DNA of 64,000 nucleotides from a bacterium (GTDB lineage Bacteria; RUG730): NCBI GenBank assembly GCA_031551405.1, contig JAVBNQ010000003.1, positions 124,001 to 188,000 of the forward strand, read 5' to 3'. Shown piece by piece: positions 9,864 to 18,536 of this stretch (position 1 is its first letter; each line of letters starts with the position of its first letter). The notes under the pieces were generated by a model. It saw only the letters and a program-made list of their open reading frames with translations, ran no database searches and was not told where the DNA came from. The position numbers and the translations under genes were made by a program.

Positions 9864-10052
9864 ATGAGTTATAAATGTGTTGTTTGTAGCAAAAAATCTA
9901 TGAGTGGAAATAATGTAAGCCATTCTAACAGAAAAACAAAGCGAAGATTTAAGGCAAATTTGCAAAAAATAAATATACTTGTCGGCGGAATAAAACAAAA
10001 AGAATATGTTTGTACTCGCTGCATAAAAGCTGAGAAAGTTCAAAAGGCGTAA
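9864..10052 (+). CDS. rpmB: 50S ribosomal protein L28
   Basis: [33 protein letters not shown]. Confidence 0.97.
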   Translation: MSYKCVVCSKKSMSGNNVSHSNRKTKRRFKANLQKINILVGGIKQKEYVCTRCIKAEKVQKA

Positions 10053-10070
10053 AAGCTTAAATTATTAAAC

Positions 10071-10110
10071 AAAAAAAGCCTCACGGGAAGAATCCCTAGG
10101 GGCTTTTTTT
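10071..10110. terminator. Bidirectional intrinsic terminator between convergent genes
   Basis: AAAAAAAGCCTC..GGGA-loop-TCCC..GGGGCTTTTTTT hairpin flanked by A7/T7 tracts. Confidence 0.8.
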
Positions 10111-10166
10111 ATTTAACCTAAAATTTAATGAGGCTTAAGTTTTTTTGCAATTTTAAAAATTATTAT

Positions 10167-12818
10167 CTACGCGGCGGATGCTATTCTTTCAAAGTTTTGT
10201 ATATTAGATTTTAATCCTCGAGTTCCCTTATCTTTTCCTAGTCCAATCATTTCAAAAAATCTTCTTCCTAACATTTTTACTAGTTTTCCTGTTTTTAGCC
10301 TGCGTAATTCTCTTTCGCTGATTCCGTCCAATTCTACGATTTTTTTACCTAAAACTCTTACACTTTGCGTGCTTTCCGTCATTATTTCCATGCTAGGGAA
10401 TAATTGCGACTCTGTTTCAGCGTTCGTCTTGACTGCAACCACCAAACCTTCGTCTGTCGTGTGTATTACTGCAATTTCATTAGCTCCTACCAAATTCGAA
10501 AATTCTTTTGCCTCACCCGTTAGTTCAGCTTGCCAGTCAAATATGAATTGTTTCATTCCGTAGATTGCTTCCTCATGCCCAAAAAAAGATCTCAATATTT
10601 CTTCCTCATACTTTTCTTCCCAAAATGTTCGATTTAAGATTAGCGTCATATTTTTTGCAGACATAGCCGCATTAGGATAGCTTTGTTTCATGGCATTTTG
10701 CGTTTTTTCACTTATTATACCTGTTGCTGTTATGATGCTTCCGGCTACGACTGTTGCTAATTGTATTTGTCCTGTCTCCAACGTAATTTTGAATTTTTCC
10801 TTATCTTTTTTTATCATTTCCATTGTTGACGGCCCAATCACCCAATCTATTTCTAACAATATATTTTCCAGTCCTCGTATAAAGGAACAAAAATATTTTT
10901 CATTACCCGGTAAGTCTATCGGTTCCCCTACTATTATCAGTCTTCCCCACATATTTTTATATCTGCCTTTTATTTCTTTTTCAATTTCTGCAATTGTCTT
11001 CCCATACACAACGAGAACTACTTCTTTTGCATAGGATAAATTAACTATACTATTGGCCATCGCTGTTTTTAAATTTCTAAACATTTTGTATATTTCTTCC
11101 GAGCTTAAATCCATCGCGTTTATTGTTTTATCTATTTTTTCCTGCATTAGCCGTAACTCTTCTCCGGAAAATACTTTTGTACTTGGAATGTTTGCAAGCT
11201 CGCTCAATATCGGCGCTATTTCCCTAAAATTTATCGCTATTCCGGCGTCATATTGTGCCGTAAAATTATGTGCTAAATCATTTCTTTTCTCTCGTAAATT
11301 CAAATACGAACTTATTATTTCTTCTGCTGTAGAATCTGCTCTTATTATGTTTTGTTCTAGCATCCAACTTCTGATTTTTCCAAATATTGTTCCATTTAAT
11401 TTTTCCAATATTTGCTCCGAACTCAAACCTTCCGATCTCATTTTTTCAATTGCTCGGTCTATTTCTTCAAAAATTTTTAAAAAGTTTGCTTCTAATGCCT
11501 CATGCAAAAGTATTGCTTGTTTTAATGCTTGGAATTTTTTTCTTGGCATTACTTTTTCCAAGTGTAGCATGACTTGACAGAACTCTCTTGACATTCTTAT
11601 CAACAATTTTTTGCCGCCTTGTCCTCGTTCAACCAGCTTTCCTTGCAATTCTAATTCCAATCTTGAGCTACCTCGTCTTTGTCCGATCATTTCCACTGCT
11701 TCTATTTCCCAGTCTCTGATTTCTAGGCTTTGTAGAAGTTCGGTTGGTATTTTTAGGGTTCCGGATTCTAATATATTTTTTAATCTCTCATTTATGTTTC
11801 TTGCCATTTCTTCTAAAGTTTCGACTGTTATTTTGTAAACAGGCCTAAAAAGATCTGAAAATAAATCAGTATTAAATTTCCCAAAAAAAGCTACATTTTG
11901 TACCGGTGGCGTTAGCTCTAAATGTGGACTTACAAAACTATTTATTTCAGAAACTAGTGGTTGAATTTGTTGAGGGTTTGCATTATTAACGCGACTTATC
12001 AAGTATGCTAGATCCGTCGAATTTATAAAGACTGCTAAATTTGCAGGATTTGTAAGATTTATCAAATAGGCTAAATTTGCAGGATCTGCAAAGTTTATTA
12101 AACCTACTAGATTTAATGGGTCTTTTCCAGTGTTTAAAAATATTATCAAAAAGCTTAGAAGCATAGGATTTATAGAAAGGGAAAATTGAGAATCTTTAGA
12201 TAGCTGTTCGACTAGATTGTATTTATATGAAGGATTTAATGGACTAAATATATATGAAGGGTTTAGAAGACGATAAGAACCAAAATTAAGTCTATCTATT
12301 AATGTATTTAATTGAAGAGCAAGTTTTTCATCTTTTTTTAAAACCTCCAAAAAGGAGTTTAGATTATTAATAAATTTTTTATAATTTGTTCTATGTTTTA
12401 TTTGGGCAATTAGATCGTCTATACGATATGGTATCATATATTTATTATAAGCGCTGTAAAGTTGCATTTTAGTTTGAGTAGTTGATGTTGTTTGAATATT
12501 TTGTATGGCAGTTCTGTAAGCTTGGAGATGTGGATCATAATCAATCATAGAAGATAATTCATTATTTTTTAATAATTCCTCATATGCCACCTGAAACAAA
12601 CGCTTAATATTAAGTATATCATAAGAGAATCTTCCTGCGTCCTTATTTGGATCAGTAGGGTCTTCAATAGAAAGTAAATCCGGATTATTAGAATTACGAA
12701 ATTTTTCTGGTTTAGGCAAAATTGCCCCTTCATACAAAACAGAAATCATTTTATTTTGATAATCAAATTTATTTCCATAAAAATCAAAAAAATCCAACAA
12801 TAAAAAACCCAAAATCAT
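10167..12818 (-). CDS. C-terminal part of a large modular secreted protein; begins with a Trf4/Cid1-like PAP-associated domain
   Basis: 883-aa ORF overlapping the upstream ORF by 35 nt. LGFLLLDFFDFYG..FDY..ISV..LSIEDP..D.GR.SY..IKRLFQVAY motif; LLHEALE..AH motif; ends ..RIASAA. Confidence 0.7.
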   Translation of the reverse strand: MILGFLLLDFFDFYGNKFDYQNKMISVLYEGAILPKPEKFRNSNNPDLLSIEDPTDPNKDAGRFSYDILNIKRLFQVAYEELLKNNELSSMIDYDPHLQAYRTAIQNIQTTSTTQTKMQLYSAYNKYMIPYRIDDLIAQIKHRTNYKKFINNLNSFLEVLKKDEKLALQLNTLIDRLNFGSYRLLNPSYIFSPLNPSYKYNLVEQLSKDSQFSLSINPMLLSFLIIFLNTGKDPLNLVGLINFADPANLAYLINLTNPANLAVFINSTDLAYLISRVNNANPQQIQPLVSEINSFVSPHLELTPPVQNVAFFGKFNTDLFSDLFRPVYKITVETLEEMARNINERLKNILESGTLKIPTELLQSLEIRDWEIEAVEMIGQRRGSSRLELELQGKLVERGQGGKKLLIRMSREFCQVMLHLEKVMPRKKFQALKQAILLHEALEANFLKIFEEIDRAIEKMRSEGLSSEQILEKLNGTIFGKIRSWMLEQNIIRADSTAEEIISSYLNLREKRNDLAHNFTAQYDAGIAINFREIAPILSELANIPSTKVFSGEELRLMQEKIDKTINAMDLSSEEIYKMFRNLKTAMANSIVNLSYAKEVVLVVYGKTIAEIEKEIKGRYKNMWGRLIIVGEPIDLPGNEKYFCSFIRGLENILLEIDWVIGPSTMEMIKKDKEKFKITLETGQIQLATVVAGSIITATGIISEKTQNAMKQSYPNAAMSAKNMTLILNRTFWEEKYEEEILRSFFGHEEAIYGMKQFIFDWQAELTGEAKEFSNLVGANEIAVIHTTDEGLVVAVKTNAETESQLFPSMEIMTESTQSVRVLGKKIVELDGISERELRRLKTGKLVKMLGRRFFEMIGLGKDKGTRGLKSNIQNFERIASAA

Positions 12819-14649
12819 CTTTAAATAAATTTGTTAGAGCAATAATTTTTTTAAAATTATTAACACTAATGTCTCTAGATATTGTGTTTAATATGTTATA
12901 AAATTCTTGTTCAATAGCAATGTGGAAATAATTTACAAAAATATAGAAAGATTTAATCTCGTCTCTTGCTAAAGTCGTTGATACTTTAGCAAATTTTTGT
13001 ATGAAATCTTCGCCAAAACGGGATATGCATACCGGTAGTCTTGAATATGTCTCTTCATCGTTATTTGTCGCACAAAATTCCTCTAAATTGCTTATATGTG
13101 TATCATCAAAATATTTAAAAAATATAATTAATTTTTCAACCATTTTATTTTTGCTATAGTTTTCTTCTATATTTGGAATTATTTCTTCATAACTTATTCC
13201 TCTTGTTTTCAAATATTCTTTGATTCCTAGACTATGATATCCTCCAAAAATTAATGCTTTCACTTTTATTTTTTTATACTTTTTACTCAAAATATTATTT
13301 GCCATTATCTCATTTCTTTTGCTCGCCAAATGATAGAATTCTTGCATGTTTTTTTTAGCTGTTTTCAGTTCGTAAATATTTTTTCCCTCAAGATAATTCT
13401 TTCTCATTATTCGATTATTAAATTCTATTAACTTTTCCAAATTATTTTTGATACTTTGATACTTTTCAACAGTATTATAGCCGGCTTCATTATTCAAATA
13501 TTTTTTCATCAAATTTAGATTTTCATAATTTTCAAAAAATAAATACGCGTCGCCTCGTGTTTTTAATTTTTTGTCTATAACTTTATTCCTAAAATTATCA
13601 AGCTTTCTTAAGATTTTCAGTTCGTCGATTTCTTTTTCTTTTTCTAAAAAATTCAAATATTTACTCAATTTTTTATAATTTTTTTCTATATTAAAATTTT
13701 TTCCTTTTAATATATTTTTCAAATTTAAATAATATTCTTCATTTTTTTTGTTATTTTTCAATTCTTCCACTTTATCTTTTTCATCGAAATATTTTGTCAA
13801 ATTTTTTAGTAATGCTGACAATTCTGCTTCGATCAAATATTTTTTACCCTCTAAATTTTCTCTTTCTTTACTCAAGATCAACATTTTATTTAAATCCAAA
13901 TATTCCAAATCAAAATCAATATTTTCTTTTTTTGCCTCTATTTTTAAATATTCTATATATTTTCCTATTCTTATTTTTCCTTCTTCATAACTTTTTTTTA
14001 TTCGGTCTATATTTTTTACTTCTTCTGTATAAAAATATTTTTTTAAATTTTCATATTCTATATTCAAATTTTCTAACACATCTTTCAATTTATATTTATA
14101 ATACAAACTCTTATTCATTTGACTGAAATTTTGTAAATAAATATCTTTATCTTCAATCCCGAATAATTTTACGTATTTTGAATTTTTTATTGTAAATAGT
14201 TCCGCTCCATTTATTACTCCCTCGTCAACATAATATTCAACTATATTGTTTCTAACTTTTTCGTCTTTTATTTCATTTATTATTTCTGTTTTTATTTCTG
14301 AGCTCGGCGTTCCTTCTAATCCTATAATTCCAAACTTTTTCCCGTGTTTATTTTTAATTTCCTCTAAAATTTTCTCTATATTTTTTTGTACATCTGCACT
14401 GCAATGTAAATCATTGATCAAATACATTTTCTCATCGCCAAATCCGTCATATCTGTCTGTTATTTTCCCAATATTTTTTGCTAAATTCAAAGCGCTCATA
14501 TCGATTTTTATATTTGTGTTAATTATTTGAGCTGCTTTTAAATCTGCTCCCAAATGTACAATCGTATACACGCTTAATACTAAAATAGCGATTAATTTCT
14601 TAAGTAGTAGATTTGAAAAAAGCAAATTCCTTTTGTTTGAATTTTTCAT
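12784..14649 (-). CDS. N-terminal part of the same large secreted protein (frameshift at ~12802-12814)
   Basis: Signal/TM segment, then INDLHCSADVQKNI..IGLEG..GAE..LFGIED..KRNEIMANN..FGGYHSLG domain. Removing one base in the homopolymer tract fuses it to the next ORF (1493 aa). GAGG RBS. Confidence 0.7.
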   Translation of the reverse strand: MKNSNKRNLLFSNLLLKKLIAILVLSVYTIVHLGADLKAAQIINTNIKIDMSALNLAKNIGKITDRYDGFGDEKMYLINDLHCSADVQKNIEKILEEIKNKHGKKFGIIGLEGTPSSEIKTEIINEIKDEKVRNNIVEYYVDEGVINGAELFTIKNSKYVKLFGIEDKDIYLQNFSQMNKSLYYKYKLKDVLENLNIEYENLKKYFYTEEVKNIDRIKKSYEEGKIRIGKYIEYLKIEAKKENIDFDLEYLDLNKMLILSKERENLEGKKYLIEAELSALLKNLTKYFDEKDKVEELKNNKKNEEYYLNLKNILKGKNFNIEKNYKKLSKYLNFLEKEKEIDELKILRKLDNFRNKVIDKKLKTRGDAYLFFENYENLNLMKKYLNNEAGYNTVEKYQSIKNNLEKLIEFNNRIMRKNYLEGKNIYELKTAKKNMQEFYHLASKRNEIMANNILSKKYKKIKVKALIFGGYHSLGIKEYLKTRGISYEEIIPNIEENYSKNKMVEKLIIFFKYFDDTHISNLEEFCATNNDEETYSRLPVCISRFGEDFIQKFAKVSTTLARDEIKSFYIFVNYFHIAIEQEFYNILNTISRDISVNNFKKIIALTNLFKDDFGFFIVGFF

Positions 14650-14979
14650 TTTTTCCTCACTTTAATTTTTTATTATTGTGATTTTAGTAACATTTATTTT
14701 TGTGTGTATTTAAAAATAAAAATTGGGCTCAAACAGTTGAAAATTTTTCCACTTTCCTACATGATGGAATTTTGAAAAAATTGCTCAGCAATTTTTAGAG
14801 ATAAAATCGAAGCAAAAAAACGAGAGAATTTTCTTTATCGTCTCCAAAGCTCAGTAAATCAAATATTAGCTGTCAGCCAAAAAAATAAATAATTTCTTTA
14901 AATTTTATGTTTTATAGGTTTTATTTGTGAAGCGAATTTCTTACGAATTTTTTGCTAGAAAATTTAACGAACAAAAATA

Positions 14980-15007
14980 TTGACTAAAGCAATCATTTGC
15001 CTATAAT
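14980..15007 (+). promoter_or_regulatory. Putative sigma70 promoter immediately upstream of dnaE
   Basis: TTGACT (14980-14985), 16 nt spacer, TATAAT (15002-15007); ATG lies 8 nt downstream. Confidence 0.6.
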
Positions 15008-15015
15008 AATAACTT

Positions 15016-18000
15016 ATGGAAAAACAAAAATTTGTACATTTACACCTGCATACTGAATACAGCCTTTTAGACGGAGCGATCAGAATTCTTGACATAAAAG
15101 GCAAACCCGCCGAAATCTTCTCAGCTGCAAAAAAATACGGAATGAACGCAATTGCGATTACCGACCACGGAAATATGTACGGCGTGATCGAGTTTTATAA
15201 CGCCGCGCTTTCTCAAGGCATAAAACCTATCATTGGCTGCGAAGTCTACGTCGCAAAAGGCTCTAGACTCGAGCAAAATCCAAATAATTCCGGCTATTTT
15301 CATCTGACGCTTCTTTGCGAAAACGAGGAAGGTTACAAAAACTTGATGAAGCTGGTTTCAGCCGCTTTTCTCGAAGGATTTTATTACAAGCCGCGAGTCG
15401 ACAAAGAAATTTTAAAGGAATACTCAAAAGGCCTAATCGCTCTCTCGGGTTGTATGCAGGGCGAAATCGCTCAAGCTATTTTGAACGGACATTCCGACGG
15501 AGTGCAGAAAAGTTTGGACGATTATTTAGACATTTTCGGCAAAGAAAATTTTTTCCTCGAGATTCAGGATAATGGAATCAAAGAACAAAAAATCATCAAT
15601 AAAGCCTTGGTCGAACTTGCCAAAGAAAATAACGTAAATCTCGTCGCAACAAACGATTGTCACTATTTGCACAAAGACGACGCGTACATTCAAGAAATTT
15701 TGCTCTGTATCGGAACTGCAAAAACTCTAAATGATACAAATCGAATGAAATTTTCCAGCGACGAATTTTATTTCAAATCTCCGGATGAAATGTTTGAGGT
15801 TTTTAAAGACGTTCCGGAAGCTTTGGAAAACACGGTAAAAATCGCTGACAGATGCAGACTCGAGATTGACTTCACAAAAATGTATTTACCGAAATTCGAC
15901 GTACCTGAAGGCTTTGACGAAAATTCGTACTTGAAATTTTTGTGCGAAGAAGCTTTACCGAAAAGGTATTCAAATATCACTGACGAAATCAAATCCCGTC
16001 TTGAGCACGAAATAAAAATTATAAACCAAATGGGTTTCTCGGCTTATTTTTTGATAGTTTACGATTTCATAAAATATGCACGTGAAAACAAGATTACAGT
16101 CGGACCCGGACGTGGTTCAGGAGCTGGAAGTATTGTTGCTTACTTGCTGAAAATTACTGATATCGATCCTCTGAAATACGATTTGATTTTTGAAAGATTT
16201 TTAAATCCGAGCAGAATTTCAATGCCTGATCTTGATATAGATTTTGCTGATACCGGACGTGAAAAAGTGATTGATTACGTTCGAAATAAATACGGCGAGA
16301 AAAACGTCGCTCAGATAATCACTTTCGGAAGTATGCAAGCTCGTTTGGCAGTTCGTGACGTTGGACGCGCGCTCGACATTCCGCTCGGCGAAGTCGACAA
16401 AGTCGCAAAACTTATTCCGGCAGGATATACGATTTATGAGGCCGCAAATGAAATTGACGAGTTGAAGGCGATCCTAAAAAATGACGAAAAATTACGAAAT
16501 TTAATCGCAGTTTCGCAAAAAATCGAAGGAATAAAAAGACACATCGGAGTTCACGCAGCCGGGCTTCTCATTTCAAAAGGCGATATGACAAACTATGTGC
16601 CGTTCACAAAATCCGCGAAAAAAGTCGTGACAACTCAGTACGAAGGCGAATCTTTAGTGAGTCTCGGGCTTTTAAAAATGGATTTTCTTGGACTCAAAAA
16701 TTTGTCGATTGTAGATGAAGCTTTGGAACTTATAAAAAAGCATCGAAATATTGATCTTGACATCGATAATCTTCCTCTTGAAAATGAAAATGCGTATAAA
16801 CTTCTTCAAGACGGAAAAGCGATTGGCGTGTTTCAGATGGAAAGTTCCGGAATGCGAGATTTGCTAAAAAAAATTAAGCCTGAAAATATCGAGGATATCA
16901 TTGCTTTAATCGCGCTTTATCGTCCTGGACCTATGGGAAGCGGAATGCTTGACGATTTCGCGAAAAGAAAAAACGGAAAAAGCAAGATAACTTACGATCA
17001 TCCTCTGTTAGAGCCGATTTTGAAAGAAACTTATGGCGTGATTTTGTATCAAGAGCAAGTCATGAAAATGGCCGTTGTTTTGGCCGGATTTTCCGCTGCT
17101 CAAGCCGACAATCTCAGAAAAGCGATGGGTAAAAAAATTCCGGAAATTATTGAGAAAGAAAAAAGTACTTTTGTGGCTGGCGCGACAAATAATGGCGTAA
17201 AAAAAGAAATTGCCGAAAAAATTTTTGACAATATTTTGAAATTTGCAGGCTATGGATTCAATAAAAGTCACAGCACTGCGTATGGAGTTATTTCTTATCG
17301 GACGGCTTATCTCAAAGCGAATTATCCCGTCGAATACATGACCGCGCTTCTCAACAGTGAGCTCGGCGATACTGATAAATTGGCGTTTTATGTCTACGAG
17401 GCAAATGAAATGGGAATAGAAATTTTGCCGCCGGACATTCAGAAGAGTTACGAAAAATTTTCTGTTGAAGATTTAGAAGGGAAAAAAATAAGATTTGGAT
17501 TTTTGGCGATAAAAGGAGTCGGAGAAAACGCTGCTCTCGAAATTGTCAAAGCTAGAGAGAAAAATTTTACGAGCATTAGCGATATGCTCAAAAAAGTTGA
17601 GCCGGGTTCCGTCAACAAAAAGGTCGTTGAAAATTTGGCGAAATCCGGAGCTTTTGACAGTTTGAATTACAAAAGAGCGCAAATTTGCGCTGGAATCGAG
17701 CCACTTCTCACCGGAGCAAACAAAGCTGCAAAAGACAAAATCGCCGGGCAATTTTCACTTTTTGGCGATGGAGAACAGGAAATTGAAAATAAAGAAGAGC
17801 TGCCGAATATTTCCGACTGGAGCGAGCACGAAAAATTGCAATTTGAAAAAGAAGCGCTCGGGTTTTACATTTCCGGACATCCCCTCGTGAACATCCAAAG
17901 TGAAATCAAAAAATTTTCAAAACTTACGATTTCCGAGCTGACAAAAGATTACAACAATCGCGAGATTCAGCTCGTCGCCTTCGTTAATAACGTGAAAAAA

Positions 18001-18459
18001 TTAAAAACGAAAAAAGGCGATCAAATGTGTTTTGTGAGTTTGGAGGATTTGACCGGCACGATCGAGGTTCTTGTTTTCCCGAAAACGTACAAAGATTTCG
18101 GAAATGCGTTTGACAAAGACGATATTGTTTTTTTGAAGGGAAAAGTTGACGCGAAAGATGAGGAGAAAATTACGCTTATTGCTGACAGTATTTTAAGATT
18201 TAGCGATGCAAAAATCGGGCTTGTAAAAAGGTGGATTTTGAGATTCAACACGATTGGCGCGAATTTTGAAGAGAACGAACTCGAAGAATTGAAGCAGGAT
18301 TTTGAGGATTATCCTGGTAGATGTGAAGTTTTTTTTGTGCTTGAGACAAAAGCTCACAAAAATGTTAAAATCAAATCAAGATTACAGATAAATCCGACGC
18401 GAGCCTTGGAAGAAAAAATTAAAGCAAAATTCGGAGAAATTATAGAAGTTGGAATTTGA
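15016..18459 (+). CDS. dnaE: DNA polymerase III alpha subunit
   Basis: HLHLHTEYSLLDG PHP domain, GPGRGSGAGS, MPDLDIDF, KMDFLGL, FNKSHS; C-terminal OB fold. Confidence 0.98.
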   Translation: MEKQKFVHLHLHTEYSLLDGAIRILDIKGKPAEIFSAAKKYGMNAIAITDHGNMYGVIEFYNAALSQGIKPIIGCEVYVAKGSRLEQNPNNSGYFHLTLLCENEEGYKNLMKLVSAAFLEGFYYKPRVDKEILKEYSKGLIALSGCMQGEIAQAILNGHSDGVQKSLDDYLDIFGKENFFLEIQDNGIKEQKIINKALVELAKENNVNLVATNDCHYLHKDDAYIQEILLCIGTAKTLNDTNRMKFSSDEFYFKSPDEMFEVFKDVPEALENTVKIADRCRLEIDFTKMYLPKFDVPEGFDENSYLKFLCEEALPKRYSNITDEIKSRLEHEIKIINQMGFSAYFLIVYDFIKYARENKITVGPGRGSGAGSIVAYLLKITDIDPLKYDLIFERFLNPSRISMPDLDIDFADTGREKVIDYVRNKYGEKNVAQIITFGSMQARLAVRDVGRALDIPLGEVDKVAKLIPAGYTIYEAANEIDELKAILKNDEKLRNLIAVSQKIEGIKRHIGVHAAGLLISKGDMTNYVPFTKSAKKVVTTQYEGESLVSLGLLKMDFLGLKNLSIVDEALELIKKHRNIDLDIDNLPLENENAYKLLQDGKAIGVFQMESSGMRDLLKKIKPENIEDIIALIALYRPGPMGSGMLDDFAKRKNGKSKITYDHPLLEPILKETYGVILYQEQVMKMAVVLAGFSAAQADNLRKAMGKKIPEIIEKEKSTFVAGATNNGVKKEIAEKIFDNILKFAGYGFNKSHSTAYGVISYRTAYLKANYPVEYMTALLNSELGDTDKLAFYVYEANEMGIEILPPDIQKSYEKFSVEDLEGKKIRFGFLAIKGVGENAALEIVKAREKNFTSISDMLKKVEPGSVNKKVVENLAKSGAFDSLNYKRAQICAGIEPLLTGANKAAKDKIAGQFSLFGDGEQEIENKEELPNISDWSEHEKLQFEKEALGFYISGHPLVNIQSEIKKFSKLTISELTKDYNNREIQLVAFVNNVKKLKTKKGDQMCFVSLEDLTGTIEVLVFPKTYKDFGNAFDKDDIVFLKGKVDAKDEEKITLIADSILRFSDAKIGLVKRWILRFNTIGANFEENELEELKQDFEDYPGRCEVFFVLETKAHKNVKIKSRLQINPTRALEEKIKAKFGEIIEVGI

Positions 18460-18536
18460 AAAACTGTTTTAAAAAAAGTATTTTTTATCTAAAGTTTTAA
18501 AATAAAATAGACCTTAAAAAAGCGAGGTTTTTAAAA

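Noticed and set aside
12264-12290. FGSYRL, resembling the poly(A) polymerase GS motif
   Set aside because: No downstream DxD, and it lies C-terminal to the PAP-associated segment (wrong order), so an active nucleotidyltransferase cannot be claimed
14650-15015. Strand switch point as a possible replication origin
   Set aside because: No dnaA/dnaN and no DnaA-box cluster; the only TTATCCACA noticed lies inside dxr (~21826)
15016-18459. Intein or split dnaE
   Set aside because: Normal length, continuous motifs, no intein signatures
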